IMG/VR virus record: IMGVR_UViG_3300037048_000168 | Span: 1 to 30,104 of that record | Direction: 5' to 3' (one strand) | Length of the DNA: 30,104 nt | Source of the DNA: a virus | Taxonomy: Duplodnaviria; Caudoviricetes | In this document: positions 16,386-27,700 of the stretch, in pieces | Layout of the letters: each line of letters begins with the position of its first letter | How positions within the stretch are numbered: the stretch's first letter is position 1 | Translations under genes and position numbers: made by a program | Notes under the pieces: model-generated | Told to the model about the DNA's origin: nothing | What the model saw: only the letters and a program-made list of their open reading frames with translations | Databases searched by the model: none

Positions 16386-19144
16386 TGGCCAGGGTTACCC
16401 CGATACTGAACAACCAGACCTCGGGAGAGATCACGCCGCTGCTGTCCGGGCGGGTGGATTTAAACAAGTACCACAACACCGGAGAAATAGTCAGAAATAT
16501 CTATCTTCACACTCAGGGGCCTTCAAGTTCTCGACCCGGTTCAGAGTATATCGCCGCGGTCAAAGACCATAGCAAGCGCGTCCGCCTCGTCGATTTTCAG
16601 TTTAGCGCCACGCAGTCATACGTCCTGGAGTTCGGGGATCAGTATATCCGGTTTTATAAAGACAAAGGGCAGATCGCCGCCGGGCTGACGCCGTACGAAA
16701 TGGCCAGCCCGTACAAGGAATCGGACCTCCGGGACCTGAGATTCATTCAGTCGGCGGATTTCATGTTCATCTGCCACCCCTGGCATTACCCCCGCCAATT
16801 AACCCGCACCGGGCATACCGCCTGGACGCTCACCAATGTTCCCTTGGTGAACGGGCCGTATCTGGACGAAAACACTACCAAGACCACCTTGAAACCCAGC
16901 AGCTCCGGTTTGGGTGATACCATTTCCCTGACGGCCTATCCGGAAGTGGGTGATGAGGAGGTAATAAACGGCGATTTTGCTACAAACGCCACCTGGATTT
17001 GGGGCACGGGTTGGGCGCATGACGCGGTAGGACTGGAAGCGGATCATACCCCGGGCAACATCCTGCCCCTGGAACAGGCAATCAGTCTCACCCCGGGTAA
17101 GATGTATTTTATTGAATACCTCATTAACAATCTGACCGCGGGCAGTGTTACCCTGAAGCTCGGCGGGGTTAACGGGGTAACCCGGGCGCTGAACGGCGCC
17201 TACGCCGAAACCATTATCCCCACCACCACCAGCAATCTCCAGTTTACGCCCAGCACCGACTTTGACGGCTCCATTGACACGGTTTCGGTAAAAGAGGTTA
17301 GCAGTCCGGCAGCATCTTGGCTGTTAGGAATCGAAACGGTAATAAACGGTGATTTTGCCACCGATACCCCATGGATCTGGGGCGCCGGCTGGACCCATAA
17401 TGCGGGGACCTTGAAGGCTGATCATGCCCCAGGGAACATCCTGCCCCTGGAGCAGGCAATCAGCCCTATAGCGGGTCAAAGGTATCTCCTGCAATACACG
17501 GTCAGCAATCTCACCGCGGGGCATGTGACGCCGAAGCTCGGCGGAGTTAATGGGACACCACGGTTTGCAGACGGAACTTACACTGAAATCATTACTCCTC
17601 TCACCGGCGGCAATCTGCAATTTTATCCTGATATAAGTTCCAGTTTCATACCGCCACAATTTGACGGCTCCATTGACACGGTGTCGGTAAAAGAGGTTTA
17701 TGATCCCTTGGCGGTTTTTTATCCCGGTCATGTGGGATCTCTGTGGCGTCTGCGCTACGGCTCCGCCTCGGGATTTGTAGAGGTGACCGGTTATGTTTCC
17801 GGGGTCGAAGTCACCGCAGTGGTCAGGGATGGTTTGGGAGGGACCGCTAAAACCAAAAACTGGCGGGAAGGAGCGTTCTCGGATTACCGGGGCTTTCCGG
17901 CCACTTTGGCCTTCCATGAGCAGAGGCTGTTGTTCGCCGGGACGCCGAGCAAGCCGCAAACTATTTGGGGGAGCAAGTCGGCGGATTATCCCAATTTTGC
18001 CCCCCAGGACCCGATCACCGACGACGGCCCTATTACCTACACCATCCCCAGCGCCTCGGGACAGATCAACATCATTAAATGGCTGGCCTCAGGCCGGTCC
18101 CTGGTATCCGGAACCGTTAACGAAGAAATATCTTTGTCCACCGGCAATGAAACCGGGTTAACCCCAAGTAATCCGCCGATTATCCGGGCCAACACCTTTA
18201 AAGGCAGCGCCAATATTTCCCACATCTGGGTGGGCAATGCCATCTTGTTTGTGGAACGGCATGGCCGCAAGGTGCGGGAACTGGCCTACAGCTTCGCCGA
18301 TGACGCCTATGTGGCCCCAGACCTGACCATCTGGAGCGAACATATCACCGCTCCCGGCCTGGTGGAGTGGGCCTACCAGCGGGAACCGGATCAATGCCTG
18401 TGGGCGGTGCGAGGCGACGGGGCGTTTCTGAGCATGGTCTATGAACGGGCTCAGGAAGTGGTGGGCTGGGCCCGGCATGATACTGACGGCGAGGTGGAAT
18501 CCATCGCCTGCATCCCCGGAACCAAGCAGACGGAAGTGTGGCTGGCGGTGAAGCGCATTATCAACGGGGCGGTGAAACGCTATGTCGAATGTCTCCGGGA
18601 CGTGGATTTCGGGGCCGACCAAAAGGATGCCTTTTTTGTGGATTGCGGCCTGACCTATGCCGGAGTCCCAGCGCAAGTGATCTCCGGCTTGGGTCACCTG
18701 GAAGGCAAAGAGGTGGCGATCCTGGCGGACGGAGCGGTTCATCCGCGGCGAACCGTGAACGGCGGACAGATCACTTTGGAGGTTGCAGCCTCTAAGGTAC
18801 AAGTGGGATTGCCGTACCGGAGCCAATTCTTTTCGGTCCCAATAGAAGCCGGGGCCACGGACGGCACCGCCCAGGGGAAGATCAAGCGCATTGACCATCT
18901 GACCCTGCGCCTGCTCCGGTCCATGGGCGGGCAGGTCGGCCCGGACCTTGACAACCTGGAGCCGTTGATCTACCGGCAGGCGGAGGATGACATGGACACC
19001 GCCACGCCCCTGTTCACCGGCGACCTGGAGCTTGATTTCCAGGGGGAATATGAGTCCAAGGGCCAGATTATGATCGTCCAGGACGACCCCCTACCCCTGA
19101 CCATTTGTGCGCTCATCCCGCGCCTGACCACCTTTGAGGGCTGA
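16385..19144 (+). CDS. Tail tubular protein B (nozzle, T7 gp12-like) with two inserted repeat domains
   Basis: SGEITPLLSGRVD, LEFGDQYIRFY, QRLLFAGT, VVGWARH and GLGHLEGKEV motifs. Confidence 0.92.
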   Translation: MARVTPILNNQTSGEITPLLSGRVDLNKYHNTGEIVRNIYLHTQGPSSSRPGSEYIAAVKDHSKRVRLVDFQFSATQSYVLEFGDQYIRFYKDKGQIAAGLTPYEMASPYKESDLRDLRFIQSADFMFICHPWHYPRQLTRTGHTAWTLTNVPLVNGPYLDENTTKTTLKPSSSGLGDTISLTAYPEVGDEEVINGDFATNATWIWGTGWAHDAVGLEADHTPGNILPLEQAISLTPGKMYFIEYLINNLTAGSVTLKLGGVNGVTRALNGAYAETIIPTTTSNLQFTPSTDFDGSIDTVSVKEVSSPAASWLLGIETVINGDFATDTPWIWGAGWTHNAGTLKADHAPGNILPLEQAISPIAGQRYLLQYTVSNLTAGHVTPKLGGVNGTPRFADGTYTEIITPLTGGNLQFYPDISSSFIPPQFDGSIDTVSVKEVYDPLAVFYPGHVGSLWRLRYGSASGFVEVTGYVSGVEVTAVVRDGLGGTAKTKNWREGAFSDYRGFPATLAFHEQRLLFAGTPSKPQTIWGSKSADYPNFAPQDPITDDGPITYTIPSASGQINIIKWLASGRSLVSGTVNEEISLSTGNETGLTPSNPPIIRANTFKGSANISHIWVGNAILFVERHGRKVRELAYSFADDAYVAPDLTIWSEHITAPGLVEWAYQREPDQCLWAVRGDGAFLSMVYERAQEVVGWARHDTDGEVESIACIPGTKQTEVWLAVKRIINGAVKRYVECLRDVDFGADQKDAFFVDCGLTYAGVPAQVISGLGHLEGKEVAILADGAVHPRRTVNGGQITLEVAASKVQVGLPYRSQFFSVPIEAGATDGTAQGKIKRIDHLTLRLLRSMGGQVGPDLDNLEPLIYRQAEDDMDTATPLFTGDLELDFQGEYESKGQIMIVQDDPLPLTICALIPRLTTFEG
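16961..17698 (+). repeat. Tandem duplicated ~115-aa domain inside the nozzle gene
   Basis: VINGDFAT...GSIDTVSVKEV at 16961-17299 and 17339-17698. Confidence 0.95.
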
Positions 19145-19145
19145 A

Positions 19146-19601
19146 ATGAAATTGCGGATCATCCCTTTTGAGTTTGCCCACCTGGCGGCCATGCAGCCCA
19201 GAGAATTTGAGGCCCGGGAGTTGGCCCTGTTGGACAACCTGGAGGGGCGGGTCGATGAATATCTGGCCCAGGGCATGGCCTACACCGGCATCATCGGGGA
19301 CCGGATATTGGCCTGCGGCGGGGTCATCATGTTGTGGCGGGGAGTGGCGGAACTTTGGCTGGTGACCACCGGCCAGGTCCCGGAATTTCCCCTGGCCTTT
19401 CATCGGGCTATTCTCAAGATCCTGGCGCTCCTGGAGCGGAGCATGGGGTTATGGCGCATGCAGGTGGCGATTCACGGCGAGCACCTGGTGAGCCAGTATT
19501 GGGTGCAGCGTCTGGGGTTTAAGGAGGAAGGGCCCATGCCTGGTTATGCGCCGGACGGGTCCACCTATGTCAGGTTTGCCCGGGTAAAAGGAGGAATTTA
19601 A
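19146..19601 (+). CDS. GNAT-fold acetyltransferase-like protein (T7 gp13 position)
   Basis: ILACGGV...GVAELWL...WVQRLGFKEEG. Confidence 0.8.
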   Translation: MKLRIIPFEFAHLAAMQPREFEARELALLDNLEGRVDEYLAQGMAYTGIIGDRILACGGVIMLWRGVAELWLVTTGQVPEFPLAFHRAILKILALLERSMGLWRMQVAIHGEHLVSQYWVQRLGFKEEGPMPGYAPDGSTYVRFARVKGGI

Positions 19602-19602
19602 G

Positions 19603-20181
19603 ATGCCATTTATGGCAGCAGCCTTGCCGGTCATCGGCTTAGTCACGAGTATCGCCGGCGCCGGTTTGACCGCCTTCAGTTCCATCAAGAGCGGCATGGA
19701 GCAGTCGGAGGCCATGAAGGCCCAGGCGGAGGGCGCCCGGTACAATCAGCGGGTGGCCGAACAGAACGCTTTGGCCACCGAGCAGGCCGGGGCCTTTGCC
19801 GAACGCCAGGCCCGGTTGAAGGCAATCCGGCTGGGGGGCACCCAGGCGGCGTCCTACGCCAAGGCCGGGGTCTTGCCGGAAGGCTCCCCCCTGGATGTCA
19901 TGGCCGAGACCGCCATGCTGGAGGAGCAAGACATCCTGGCGACCCGGTACAACTATCAGGTGCAGGCCTCCAGATACCGGTCACAGGCGGGGTTTTACGG
20001 CTATGAAGCCCAGCGTCAGGACGCCTTGTCCGGCAGTCCGATCCTGGGGGGATTCTTGAAAGCGGGGACTTCTCTGTTGACCACCGCCGGAGGGTTAGCG
20101 AAAGGCTGGAATTGGGGCGGCGGCCAGAAGCCAAGTAACTTATCCCTTAATTACAATGTTCCCGGGTCCGGGGGATATTAA
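19603..20181 (+). CDS. Internal virion / ejection protein A (gp14-like)
   Basis: Hydrophobic Ala/Gly N-terminus; GTQAASYAKAGV...GSPLDV motif. Confidence 0.8.
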   Translation: MPFMAAALPVIGLVTSIAGAGLTAFSSIKSGMEQSEAMKAQAEGARYNQRVAEQNALATEQAGAFAERQARLKAIRLGGTQAASYAKAGVLPEGSPLDVMAETAMLEEQDILATRYNYQVQASRYRSQAGFYGYEAQRQDALSGSPILGGFLKAGTSLLTTAGGLAKGWNWGGGQKPSNLSLNYNVPGSGGY

Positions 20182-20183
20182 CC

Positions 20184-21737
20184 ATGCCGCGCATTCCTCT
20201 CTATGATCCTTCCGTGCAACTGAGCCACCTGGGACCCCAGGTTGAGCAGGACATTAAGAGCTTCGGCATGGAGAACCTGGCCATGGCGAAGAATTGGGAA
20301 CTGGTGGGCCAGGCCGGGGACAAGTTGAGCGAGATGGGATTGCAGCTTAACCAGCGGCTGCACCAGGCCAAGATGGTCAATGACCTGGCCGGCATGAAGA
20401 TGGACACCACCCAGCGTCTTTATCAGTTGCGGGATGAGGTGCAGAAAGGGCCGGACCCGGAGAAGTGGGAGCAAACTTTTAAGGAGGCGGGAGCCAAGAT
20501 TTTTCAGGAGAATTTGGAGCGGTCCACTGATGCCGGAGTCCAGGCCCATTACAAAACGGCCTGGGCCAGCCATTTTCCGGTGATGCTGCATGGGGTGACG
20601 GTGGAGGCCCGCAAGACGCAGATCGCCAATTTCGCCGGGAACCTGGAGGAAAATTACGGCAAAAGCATTGATCTGTTTAACCAGGCCGGAAACGATATCG
20701 AGAAGGCCAAGATCAAGGGGGACGCCTTCGGGATGATCCAGGGCGGGGTGTCCGCCGGGTTCCTGACGCCGGTTAAGGCCCAAAAATTGCGGGAGGGGTT
20801 TGATCAGTCGGTCATGCTGGCGGCGGTCAATCAGGAAATTATGAATGACCCCAAGGGCGCTTTCGATAAATTGGCGGACCCGGCCAGATATTTTTCCGGC
20901 ATGGACGCCCAGACCGCCATGACTTTGCGGGGCCGGGCCCAAGCGGAAATGCACCGGGTCCAGGGGGACAACGCCCTGGAGGTGCAGAAGCTCTACGAGA
21001 CTAAGCAGCTCACCCCGGAGTCCTTGAAGGCGATGCGGGACGGCAGGACCATCAACCTGGGGACCTGGAAGATGTACGACGCCGCTCTGCAAAGCGACGC
21101 CCTGCCGGTGAAGGCGGCGAAGGACAATGATCTGTACGTCCGGCGGTGGCAACAGGCCCTGGCGGGGAACCTGCCCGAGGACCAGGTGTTCAATGATTTG
21201 CGGGCCGGGGCCATCACCAAGAGCGAAGCCCATTTCCTGATTAATACCAGCAAGAAAATGGCGGTGGGCGAGACTCCCGATGACCTGGCCTTTACCAAGT
21301 CCCCTTATTACAAGGCGGCGATGGGCGAGTTGAATTACCGGAGCGCCCAGATCGACAAATCTCTGTGGAACCTGAAGCCCGGTGCAAAAAAGTCGTCGGC
21401 CAAGGGCGAGGCGACCATGATGTTTCTCGACGAATGCCGCGCCGCCCAGAAACAGGGGATGCCCCCGGGTCCCTGGATGCTGGAATCGGTCAACAAGATT
21501 TTGAAGCCTATAGAAATGATGAACACCCCGGGGGCTGGGGAGCCGCCCAAGAAGACCTGGTGGCAGAGGACCTTTGGGAGTGATGAGGAGGCTGGAAAAG
21601 GACGGCAGGCGGGGACGCCTGCGACAGGCCAGGGACAAACCGGAATCCCGGTAATGAATAAGCGGACAGGCAAAATGGAACATGTGTCCCAAGCCGAGTA
21701 TGACTTGATCATGCAAAATCAGAAAGGTGGCCGCTAA
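20184..21737 (+). CDS. Internal virion / ejection protein B (gp15-like)
   Basis: MPRIPLY start, helical 517 aa, syntenic position. Confidence 0.75.
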   Translation: MPRIPLYDPSVQLSHLGPQVEQDIKSFGMENLAMAKNWELVGQAGDKLSEMGLQLNQRLHQAKMVNDLAGMKMDTTQRLYQLRDEVQKGPDPEKWEQTFKEAGAKIFQENLERSTDAGVQAHYKTAWASHFPVMLHGVTVEARKTQIANFAGNLEENYGKSIDLFNQAGNDIEKAKIKGDAFGMIQGGVSAGFLTPVKAQKLREGFDQSVMLAAVNQEIMNDPKGAFDKLADPARYFSGMDAQTAMTLRGRAQAEMHRVQGDNALEVQKLYETKQLTPESLKAMRDGRTINLGTWKMYDAALQSDALPVKAAKDNDLYVRRWQQALAGNLPEDQVFNDLRAGAITKSEAHFLINTSKKMAVGETPDDLAFTKSPYYKAAMGELNYRSAQIDKSLWNLKPGAKKSSAKGEATMMFLDECRAAQKQGMPPGPWMLESVNKILKPIEMMNTPGAGEPPKKTWWQRTFGSDEEAGKGRQAGTPATGQGQTGIPVMNKRTGKMEHVSQAEYDLIMQNQKGGR

Positions 21738-24700
21738 TGGTTTTTGACCCCAGCGACTACAGGCCTCTTGATGTTGAGGAAATGGCGGCGATCTCCGGGG
21801 TTTCCTCGCCGGATGAAGGCGATATCCAGTTCAGCGGGACTACGGGCCGGTCCCGGACCAATAACAATCCGCTCAATTTAGAGTATCGCCCCGGCAGCTA
21901 TCAGGACAAGTATGGGGCGGAATTGGAACCGCAACCCCGGGCCGGGAGCAGGCGCAGGTTCGCCAAGTTTAGGAGCATGCAGGACGGGTATAACGCTGGG
22001 CTGGATCAGATCAGACTCGACCAAAGCTCTAAGAGAAATCACACCCTCGCCTCATTCGTAGAGAAGTTTGCTCCCCGGCATGAAAACCCTACGGATGAGT
22101 TGATCGCCACTTATGCAAAACAGGTCGGCGCCCGCCCCGATACGCCTCTATCGGAAATCGCCCCGGAAAAGCTGATTGTCCCCATGCTGGCCAGGGAGTC
22201 GAGCACCAGGATAAAGCGCGGCGGGGGAGTGCTGGGCTTCCTAAGCGAGGTCCTGGGGCCGGCCAGCGCCGAAGCGGCGGAAGGTCCGGCAGTCCGTCCA
22301 GGGTTTAATCCAGCAGATTATAGCGTCAGGCCAGATTTTAACCCTTCTGATTATAGTGTTCAAGGAGCGCAGGCGGGGACGCCTGCACCACTGACAAGAA
22401 AGGAGCCGGGGATTTATGAGGAAAAGCGGACCCTCATCGAGTCCGTCAAGGATTATTTGGGCTACCGAGATCTGCCGGCCTTCCTGCCCGCTTTCAACCA
22501 GGAGACGGGGTTGTGGCAGGCCCTAGATATTTATGAGGCCCGGAAGCTCTACCACGGCTGGGAAGAACCTACGGAATTGGAGCGGGTCCTTTACCGCTGG
22601 GTGGTTACTACTACTACCCTGGGGGCGGCGGATTGGATTGCCAAGGATCTGACTGCGCCGGTGCCGGGGCCGAAAACTGCGGTCGGGGCCTTTGCCTCCG
22701 GGGCACTGGATTTTGCTAGCTTCATGGTGTTTCCGTTCAAGATGGCGGAAGGTCTGTTGGGGACGCGGCTGGCCCCCACCCGGTCAGGACTCCGGGGGTT
22801 AGCGCAGGTGATGGGCCAGGGCGGGGCGACCCTGGGGCTGGCCAGCGCCATTTCCGGCCTGTTGCCGAGCCTGGCGCACAACGACCGGGTGAGCGATGCC
22901 GGGCTGGAATTTGTCAAGGGCACGGCCAGCGGCGCTACAATCGGGGCGCTGTTTCCCGTGGCCGGGCTGGTGCCCACCAAGACCTTGCGGATGGCAGTCG
23001 GGTTGGCGGGCTTGGATTTCGTCAAGACCCGATTCCACGAGGCCCCGGACAAGGGGCTGTTCACCCTGGACGATGTGTACCGGGGGGTGCGGGACGGCAC
23101 CATCGACCGGACGGTCCTGGCGCAGAAGACCTTTGATTATCTGCTGGACCTCTACTTTCTGGCCAAGGTCCCTTCCATGAAACAGCAGTTGGCGGGCCTG
23201 AAGATGAACGCCTTGATGGAGGAGGCGGGCAGGGTCAACCCCCAGGAAGCGGAAGACGCTTTGGTGGAGATCGGCAAGAGCGGGGTGCTTCAAGAGCAGG
23301 GGTCAGGGGTCAGGGGTCAGGGGTCAGGGAAAGAAGGAGTGCAGGCACAAGAAGGACCGCAGGCGGGGACGCCTGCGCCACTGGAGGATCTGGGGACACC
23401 GGTTAAAAAGCCGGAGCCAGTGGCCTGGAAAAAACCCTGGGAGTTGAGCGGGGAGGAGTATGGCGCAAGGGTGCGGGCCTTGAGTTCTGAGGACCGGCCG
23501 GAGCCGACGCCGGAGAAGGTCGCCAAGCTGCGGGAGGCGGACGTGCGCCAGGCTCTGAAGCGGGGCGAGCCGGTGCCTCCCGAAGTCCTGGCGGATTTCC
23601 CGGAGATGGCGGGAAGGGTTGGGAAGGAGTTACCGGCGGCGGGGGGGTTGGAAGTCAAGAATATTCCCACCGCGGCGGTCAAGGCGGACCCGGAAAGGTT
23701 TCAATATAAGCTGGGGGCGGATGAGACCACCGGGGCAGGGTTGGCCCTGGGGGATGTTAAGACCTGGGATGAGGGCTTGTCCGGGGTCTTGACCCTGTGG
23801 CGGTCCCCGGAAGGCGAGTTGTTTGTGGTCAACGGCCACCAACGGTTAGCCCTAGCCCAAAGGACCGGCACCGAATCGGTCCGGGCGCAGGTCCTGGACG
23901 CCTCCGGGTGGTCGGATGTGCAGGCCCGGGCCTATGGCGCCCGCATCAACATTGCCGAGGGCCGGGGCACTGAAATTGACGCCGCCAAATTTATGCGGGA
24001 TATGGGGATTTCCCCCTCAGACCTGGCGGCCCAAGGCGTGTCGCTGGTGGAGGGCAAGACCCGGCGGGCGGTGGCCCTGGCGCAGTTGTCCGATCCCCTC
24101 TTTCATTTCACGGCTACGGGAGACATTCCCGTGCGGCGCGCCGCCATTATTGGCGAAGAATTGTATGGGAACCATCCGGCCCAGGACGCCCTCTTTAAGA
24201 CGATCCGGTCTTTGGAAAAAGCCGGCAAAGTTATCAGCGACGGCAAGTTGAGAGAATTGATTCTGCTGGGCAAGGCGGCGGGAGTGGTGCCGGGTAAGCA
24301 GAAGAACCTTTTTGGCGAAACGGAAATTAAGAAAAGTCTGATGCTGGAGGTGGCCGACCTCCTGGAAAACGCCAAAACTCAGTTGCGGCGGGATAAAAAT
24401 ATTTTTGGGATGGTGGACAAAGAATCGGCCAGGTTGAGCCGGGGCAAGAACATCATTGATCCCGAGACCAACAAGGCTATCTCTGAGGAGGCCGCCCAGG
24501 CGATTGACGCCCTCAACCGGTTCGCCTACATGGGTGATTCAGCAACCCGGAAAATAATTGATAGTTTTGCGCGTAAATTATCGACAAGTAAGAAAAAATC
24601 GGCTATAAGGGAAGAATCCTATGAAGCCATCAAAACCGCAATTTCAGAAGATCGAACCAAGTTCGGACTTGATGCAGGGACTCGACCGGGCGCTGGCGGC

Positions 24701-27700
24701 AAAGAACCCGCAGCAGGCGTCCGTTCTCTCTTCGGGGTTGAGCCAGGTGCAGCAACAGCAGCAGCAGGAGAAGTTCAAGCCCCTCCGGTAACATCCGCAT
24801 TACCCCCAGGCGTTAAGGAATTTCAGGGAAAGTTCGGCACCGCCCGCGGCGAGAAGCCGGACGTGGGGATTTCTGCGCCCGAGGCCCCGGATTATGCCTA
24901 CATCGACAAGGGCGATATGGTGCGGGATGCCCGGAACCCGGAGGCCTTTGGGGCGGTGGTGCGGGAATCGGCGAGGGGGGACCAGAAGGGCTTCATCGTC
25001 GAGCGGGACGGGAAGGATTATTTTATTCCCCGGGAAGAGGCCCGGCTGATGGGGCTGGAGGAGTTGGAGGGGACGCCTGCACCACCGGGCAAGATGTACG
25101 GCGGCGGCCCGGGGCTGGAGGAGATCCAGGCTTACGGGAAGCAGCTGCTGGCCCTGGGCAATAAGATGATTGATTGGGTGGACGCCCGGTTGGACAAGAA
25201 TTTACCCCCGGAGTTGCAGAACAAGGACGCGGGGAAGATTGTCGGGAGCCTGCTGTTGAAGTTTCAGCAGTTTGAGGATATCGCCCGGACCTATCCCGAG
25301 GCGCAGGCGACATTTGAGGCGGCCCGGGCCGGGCTGGCCCTGAAGACCCGCCACGCCGCCGAGTTCTACAGTCTGACGACCCCGTACCTGAGCCGGTTGA
25401 AACCGGGAGAACGGGCCAGGGTGGACAAGGCGCTGGTGGATCTGGACATAATCAATGATCCGGCCATGGGGGAGAACTTCCGGCTGGGGAACGATATCGA
25501 CCGGTGGCAGTCCTACCTTCTGAATCCCCGGGAGGATATCCGGGATAAGGGCGTCGCCTTTTATATGGGGCGGGGCTTGAATGCCGTGGAAGCGGAGGGG
25601 GCCTTCGGGGTGCGCATGAGCCTAGATTACGCCAAGGCCCTGCACCTGGACTGGCACACCCGGAGCTTTCAGGAATGGCTCCAGTCTCACGGCTTTGACC
25701 ACGGCAGGATCAAAGACATTATGGACTGGGTCCTGAATACCGAAATGAAGCCGGATGAGATCGCCAAGGCTTTTTTCGGAGCGGAGCCCGGCAAGAACGT
25801 GGGGCACATCCTGGAGAATTTCCGCCGCAGCATGTCCTATTGGCTCAAAGAGACACACCAGTATATCCCCCATAGCAGGTTCGGAGAATATTTTATCCGC
25901 GTGATCGATACTAACCAGGCCGCCAAAGCCAAGGAGGCCTATAAGAAGACCCTGGAGGCCATCGGGCGCCGGTATCCCAAGGATAAGGTTGAGGTTGAAG
26001 CCCTCATGCAACAGGCTTCTTTGGAGTTCATGGAGGGGGAATCCCCCTCACCCCAGCCCTCTCCCGGTAGAGGAGAGGGGGCGAGACTGAGCAAGGCGGA
26101 CCAGCTGCGGGCGAAGGCCCGGGATAAATACCAGGCGGACATGAAGGCGACGGTGATCCACGCGGCGGCGGCGGAGAGCAAGGCGCAGTACCATGATAAG
26201 CGGGCGGCGCTGGAGGCTGAGTTCCCGGCTGAGGCAGGCTATGTGATCAAGCAGAGCCTGAATAAGCAGTTGCCCATGGAAATCTTTTCCGAGACTCACA
26301 TCCCCCGGGTCTGGCGGATCGTCAGCGAGGCGGCGGCCACCGGCAAGATGCCCGAGGGGTCCAAGGAAGCCATGATCGAGGCCTGGCAAGACTTCCTGGC
26401 CGCCAAGGGATTCGGGGCCCACTTCATCAAGCGGAGCAACACCCCGGGCTATGAAACCGATTTGAAACGGCCCCTGACCGGTTACCTGGCGGGCCTGGCG
26501 GGGTACATCGGCAAGATGGAAAAGATTCGGGGGTTCTCGGAGGCCTTCCAGGAGGTCCCCAAGGAGATGCCCAACCTCCTGCGGCACCTGAATGAGTACG
26601 GTAATTATGTCCTCTCCAACCCATACGAGTATGAGGGGATCAGGAACGTCATCTACAACTGGACCCTGGGGGGTAATTTCTCCTTCCACTTCATTAACGC
26701 CCTGCAAAATATGTCCACCGGCTGGGCGGTGCTGGGAACGGCGGGGCCGGGGCCGGTGAAGCATCTCGCCGGGGCCAACAAGGATTGGGGCCGGTACATG
26801 CTCACCGGGGAGGGGCTGCGCCCGGGAGAAGAGGCGCTGCTGCACCGGGCGCGGTTTGAACCGGAGTTGGCGCCCTCGGGAGTCGCCGAACTTTCCGGCC
26901 AGGCCTACAATCCCCTGTACCGCTGGCTGCACAACGACCCGACTTCACTATCGGCCAAGGCCATGGACGTGTTTAAAGGGTTCTGGAGCGGGGCCTTTGT
27001 GGAGCAGTTGAACCGGGAAACCTTCTTTTTGGCGGCATTGCGCACCACCGGGGATTACGACCAGAGCGTCGCCCTGGTCCGGCAGGCGCATTTTCTCTAC
27101 GGCAAGGAGACCCGGCCGTCCGTGGCCCGGGGGGCCGGGTCCATCCCGGCGATCTTCCTGACCTACACCACCAACTATTTTACCCTCCTGAAGAATTTCA
27201 GCAAGGCGGCCCTGGGGGTGAACCCGGAGATCTATGGCACCCAGGCCCAGGGGGCCAAGGGGTTGGCCCGGATGTTCGCCGGGGCCATGATCAGCGGCGG
27301 GCTGACGGCCAGCTTCATCGGCCCGATCCTGAAGACGGCCTGGGAACAGGTATTCGGGAGCAATCTGGAGGAAGACGCCAAGGATTTTTTGCAGCACACC
27401 GTCGGGGTGTCCAAAGGCACGGCGGAGTTTACCGAACGGTTGTTCGACCGCGGCCTGCCGGCGGCGGCCCTGGGAATCGACATCGGCAGCCGCATTGCCC
27501 CTAACCTGCCGATGCAGAGACAGTTGAGCGAAGATTTGACCTGGCAGAACCTGGTAGCCGGGGCGCTGGGGGCCGGGTCCATCCCCTTGCAGGTGGCTTT
27601 TGGGGTAGGAAAGGCCCTGCACCAGGGCGAACCGGGAAAGGCCCTGGAAGCGGGGGCGCCGGTGTCGGTGGGGAACGTCCTCAAGGCGCTGCGGCTGGGG

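Noticed and set aside
19146-19601. GNAT protein as a toxin or novel modification enzyme
   Set aside because: A GNAT-like gene after the nozzle is a common feature of this virion module; no antitoxin-like partner is present.
20178-21716. 512-aa antisense ORF and other long minus-strand ORFs over the late operon (e.g. 26048-26932, 26948-27826, 18158-18898)
   Set aside because: Shadow frames of GC-rich + strand genes with no recognisable motifs.
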